Assembly: GCA_018657385.1 (NCBI GenBank)
Contig: JABHXF010000009.1
Span: forward strand, 2,554-66,553
Direction: 5' to 3'
Source of the DNA: Candidatus Woesearchaeota archaeon
GTDB lineage: Archaea; Nanobdellota; Nanobdellia; Woesearchaeales; DSVV01
DNA length: 64,000 nucleotides
Both the position numbers and the translations under genes were made by a program. Positions 61,425-64,000 of the stretch are shown here, piece after piece; the first letter of the stretch is position 1, and each line of letters begins with the position of its first letter. The notes under the pieces were generated by a model. The model was not told the origin of the DNA, ran no database searches, and saw only the letters and a list, made by a program, of their open reading frames with translations.

Positions 61425-62647
61425 AGATTATTCTTCTGTTCTCTTAAAGAATAAAGTAATGCATCCATATTTCTTTCTTCTTCTTTGCCTAATGCATTAG
61501 ACATAGGAGCAGATAATTTATCATATCCCATAATATCAAAGCAATCATACATACTTCTTTTATTAATTTCTCTAAATTCATCAACACCACGTGCTCTTGC
61601 AACTGAAAAACCTCTGGCATTTGAGTAAACAAAGAATGGCGTTCCTGTTAATATATGAAAAACAGACAATGCATAAGAGTAAATATCACCTGTAATACGT
61701 GCTGATATATCTTTAGCATGTTCAGGAGCAACAAATTCTCTTGTTGCCCTAAGATTTGTTTGTTTTTTATAATCTTGATTTAAATTTTCCCATTTACCCT
61801 CATCAATTATAGGAAAGCCCCCTTCATCTATAACACATGCACTTCCATAATCATGAAGTTTTAACTGATAATCTTTACTTAATGGATCTCCTGAAACCAT
61901 TACATTATTTGGTTTAATATCCCTATGAACTATTCCTTTACCCCATAAAAGCTTTAGTGTTTCCCCTAATTTAATTGCAGCTTCAAACCTTTGTTCTTCA
62001 TTATATGGAACAGCATTATCATCTTTTAAATGTATTCCAAAATGTTCTTCCTCAATTCTTATATATTCTTCATGAGCAAGCCTTTCCATTTCCATCCAAT
62101 CACCAGCAACACCTTGGCTTAATTTAGTTGGTTCTCCAATAACATCCATTAAATTATCACCATCAAAATAATCAAATAAGAATGCAGATCCTAAAAATAA
62201 TTCAAAACCTAAAGGAGTCCCATATACAAGAAATCGCTGTTCTTTAGCTGATAAAACATAATCTAAACCTTGTAAATGCCTTCCTATTTCAACTTCAGCA
62301 ATAATTGCCCCCAATGTATTACTATCTGCTCTGTTAAGGTGATGTAATTGAGGTTTTACTCCATCCATAAATAAATTGATACTTCTATGCCCATTTTCTT
62401 TATTATATCCTATCTCAGCCCCATATATGTTATCTTCTTCAACACCTATTCTACCTGCCATTTCATTTAATGGGATAGTAAAGCCATTAACAACTTTGAT
62501 AACATCTTTACCCGAACGATATATGCCACCAAAGCCACCCCTACTTATTCTATCCTTTACAGAGATGACTCTATCTCCCAATAATACCTTATAATCAAGC
62601 TTTTCAATAATATCTAGCATTGAATCAAGATTAGTTATATTAGCCAT
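61421..62647 (-). CDS. Hanks-type Ser/Thr protein kinase
   Basis: RGGFGGIY, VIK, HRDIKPNN, DYG, APE, DIYS. Confidence 0.9.
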   Translation of the reverse strand: MANITNLDSMLDIIEKLDYKVLLGDRVISVKDRISRGGFGGIYRSGKDVIKVVNGFTIPLNEMAGRIGVEEDNIYGAEIGYNKENGHRSINLFMDGVKPQLHHLNRADSNTLGAIIAEVEIGRHLQGLDYVLSAKEQRFLVYGTPLGFELFLGSAFLFDYFDGDNLMDVIGEPTKLSQGVAGDWMEMERLAHEEYIRIEEEHFGIHLKDDNAVPYNEEQRFEAAIKLGETLKLLWGKGIVHRDIKPNNVMVSGDPLSKDYQLKLHDYGSACVIDEGGFPIIDEGKWENLNQDYKKQTNLRATREFVAPEHAKDISARITGDIYSYALSVFHILTGTPFFVYSNARGFSVARARGVDEFREINKRSMYDCFDIMGYDKLSAPMSNALGKEEERNMDALLYSLREQKNNL

Positions 62648-62813
62648 ATTACTACTAAATAATAGTTAATAGTTTATAAATGTTATGGGCATAATATATA
62701 AGAAGATTATTTAGTTCAAAATAGCTTATTTTAATAGATTGATTGATTTAATCTAAGCAACAAGGATTATGTATAAAAATAGAGTATTTTTAAAGATTAT
62801 GGTCAATTTACGC

Positions 62814-63869
62814 CTATTTCTGCTTTTTAGAAGCTAATTTAGGAGTTTCAGAATAAGATTTATCCTTATTCAGCAACTTAAACCATAAAACACCAGCTGT
62901 TCCTAATAATATAAAGAATATCCCTATCAAAAATATACCTAATGGATATAGTTGTTTTAATACTATTGGTAACATCATAAAAAATGCAGATTTCTCATCT
63001 AAATCTGGTTGTGATAAGCCAGATGATTGCCCTTCAATTGGCAAACCATCAACCATTAATTGCATTAATGGAGTTGTATCAATTGGGTTCACTGCTGTCC
63101 AAATTAATAAAATAATAAATGGAATTACTAGCCATATTCCAGTTCTTAATACCATCTTTGCAATATGTCTCAAATATCTTTTTGGTTCATGCATAAAAAA
63201 TAGAAATAATAAACCAAGTAAAATTAAAATAAAGACTGGCAAAGAAATACCTAATACTTTCCATAGTGTTTTTATCTTAGAAGTAATTCCAGTAATTGGA
63301 TTATCTGCTAATGGTGAATCTTTATTATCTAAATCATTTAATTCTGGCAAACCACCTGGCATGAAAGTATCCATCATTGATAAAAAGAATTCTTTTTTAG
63401 GAGTTTTTTCATCATAAAATGTTTCACATAAAGAAACATATTTGTTCATCATATCTATTTCATTTGATACACCCTTATTTGATATACCATTATTTCCTGA
63501 ATTAGTTTTTCTTATTTCTCTTACATCACTTTCATCTAATCCAAATCTTTTAAGATCAGATTCATCAATATCATCTAAATTATATCCCCCTGCTACAGCA
63601 AGGTCAATTAATTCATCTAAACTTTTCCCTTGATCAGCTGCTTGTTTTTTTGCATCTGCTAATTTATCCTCCATACCTTTTAATTGAACACATAACCCAT
63701 CAATTCTAGAACTAAATTCAGTTTTCACATCATCATCTGCATATTCATAAATATCCCCAACAGCTTCTTTAATACTAATATGTGCAAAACTTCCAAAGAT
63801 TAATGAGAATAGACAAATAGATAAGATAAGAGATACAACCCATATACCTAATTTACGAAGGAATGACAT
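62814..63869 (-). CDS. Membrane protein (about 4 TM) with a large soluble loop
   Basis: N-terminal TM, ~170-aa loop, three C-terminal TMs. Confidence 0.8.
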   Translation of the reverse strand: MSFLRKLGIWVVSLILSICLFSLIFGSFAHISIKEAVGDIYEYADDDVKTEFSSRIDGLCVQLKGMEDKLADAKKQAADQGKSLDELIDLAVAGGYNLDDIDESDLKRFGLDESDVREIRKTNSGNNGISNKGVSNEIDMMNKYVSLCETFYDEKTPKKEFFLSMMDTFMPGGLPELNDLDNKDSPLADNPITGITSKIKTLWKVLGISLPVFILILLGLLFLFFMHEPKRYLRHIAKMVLRTGIWLVIPFIILLIWTAVNPIDTTPLMQLMVDGLPIEGQSSGLSQPDLDEKSAFFMMLPIVLKQLYPLGIFLIGIFFILLGTAGVLWFKLLNKDKSYSETPKLASKKQK

Positions 63870-63950
63870 ATGAGATTGTTTTGTTTAGTAGTTTAAATAG
63901 TTTTAGTTAAAAAAGAGGTTTCTTAATTGTATAGATGATAGTATGATTGG

Positions 63951-64000
63951 AAAATAACAACTTGGCCAGATGAGCCGAAGGCGAATAGGATATTTGCGTA
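63951..64000 (+). repeat. Family A palindromic element copy 6 (truncated by window end)
   Basis: AACAACTTGGC-CAGAT-GA-GCC(GAA)GGC-GAATA-GGATATTT. Confidence 0.85.

Overview
AT-rich archaeal chromosome segment, most consistent with a DPANN (Woesearchaeota-like) genome. Evidence: nop10 and PAC2, archaeal-type tRNAs including one BHB intron, BRE/TATA promoters, a tandem Lrp/AsnC regulator and class III (pilin-like) signal peptides, alongside bacterial-type queA and gyrB and a metG. About half the window is two oppositely oriented, paralogous clusters of large uncharacterised surface proteins (12.1-22.5 kb on +, 29.7-50.7 kb on -). The second cluster ends in a secreted protein with a peptidoglycan-binding domain and a CHAT-like protease domain, which converges on a YkuD/L,D-transpeptidase-like lipoprotein; this suggests machinery for engaging bacterial cell walls. 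Other notable items: an operon of small Cys-rich lipopeptides with a conserved leader and variable cores; a tRNA with a serine-type body, a GAA (Phe) anticodon and a T-loop intron; several dispersed intergenic hairpin families, one of which brackets a methyltransferase gene like a cassette; a CC1-like chromatin protein; and several degenerate enzymes. All protein assignments are motif recognition by eye; no searches were run.
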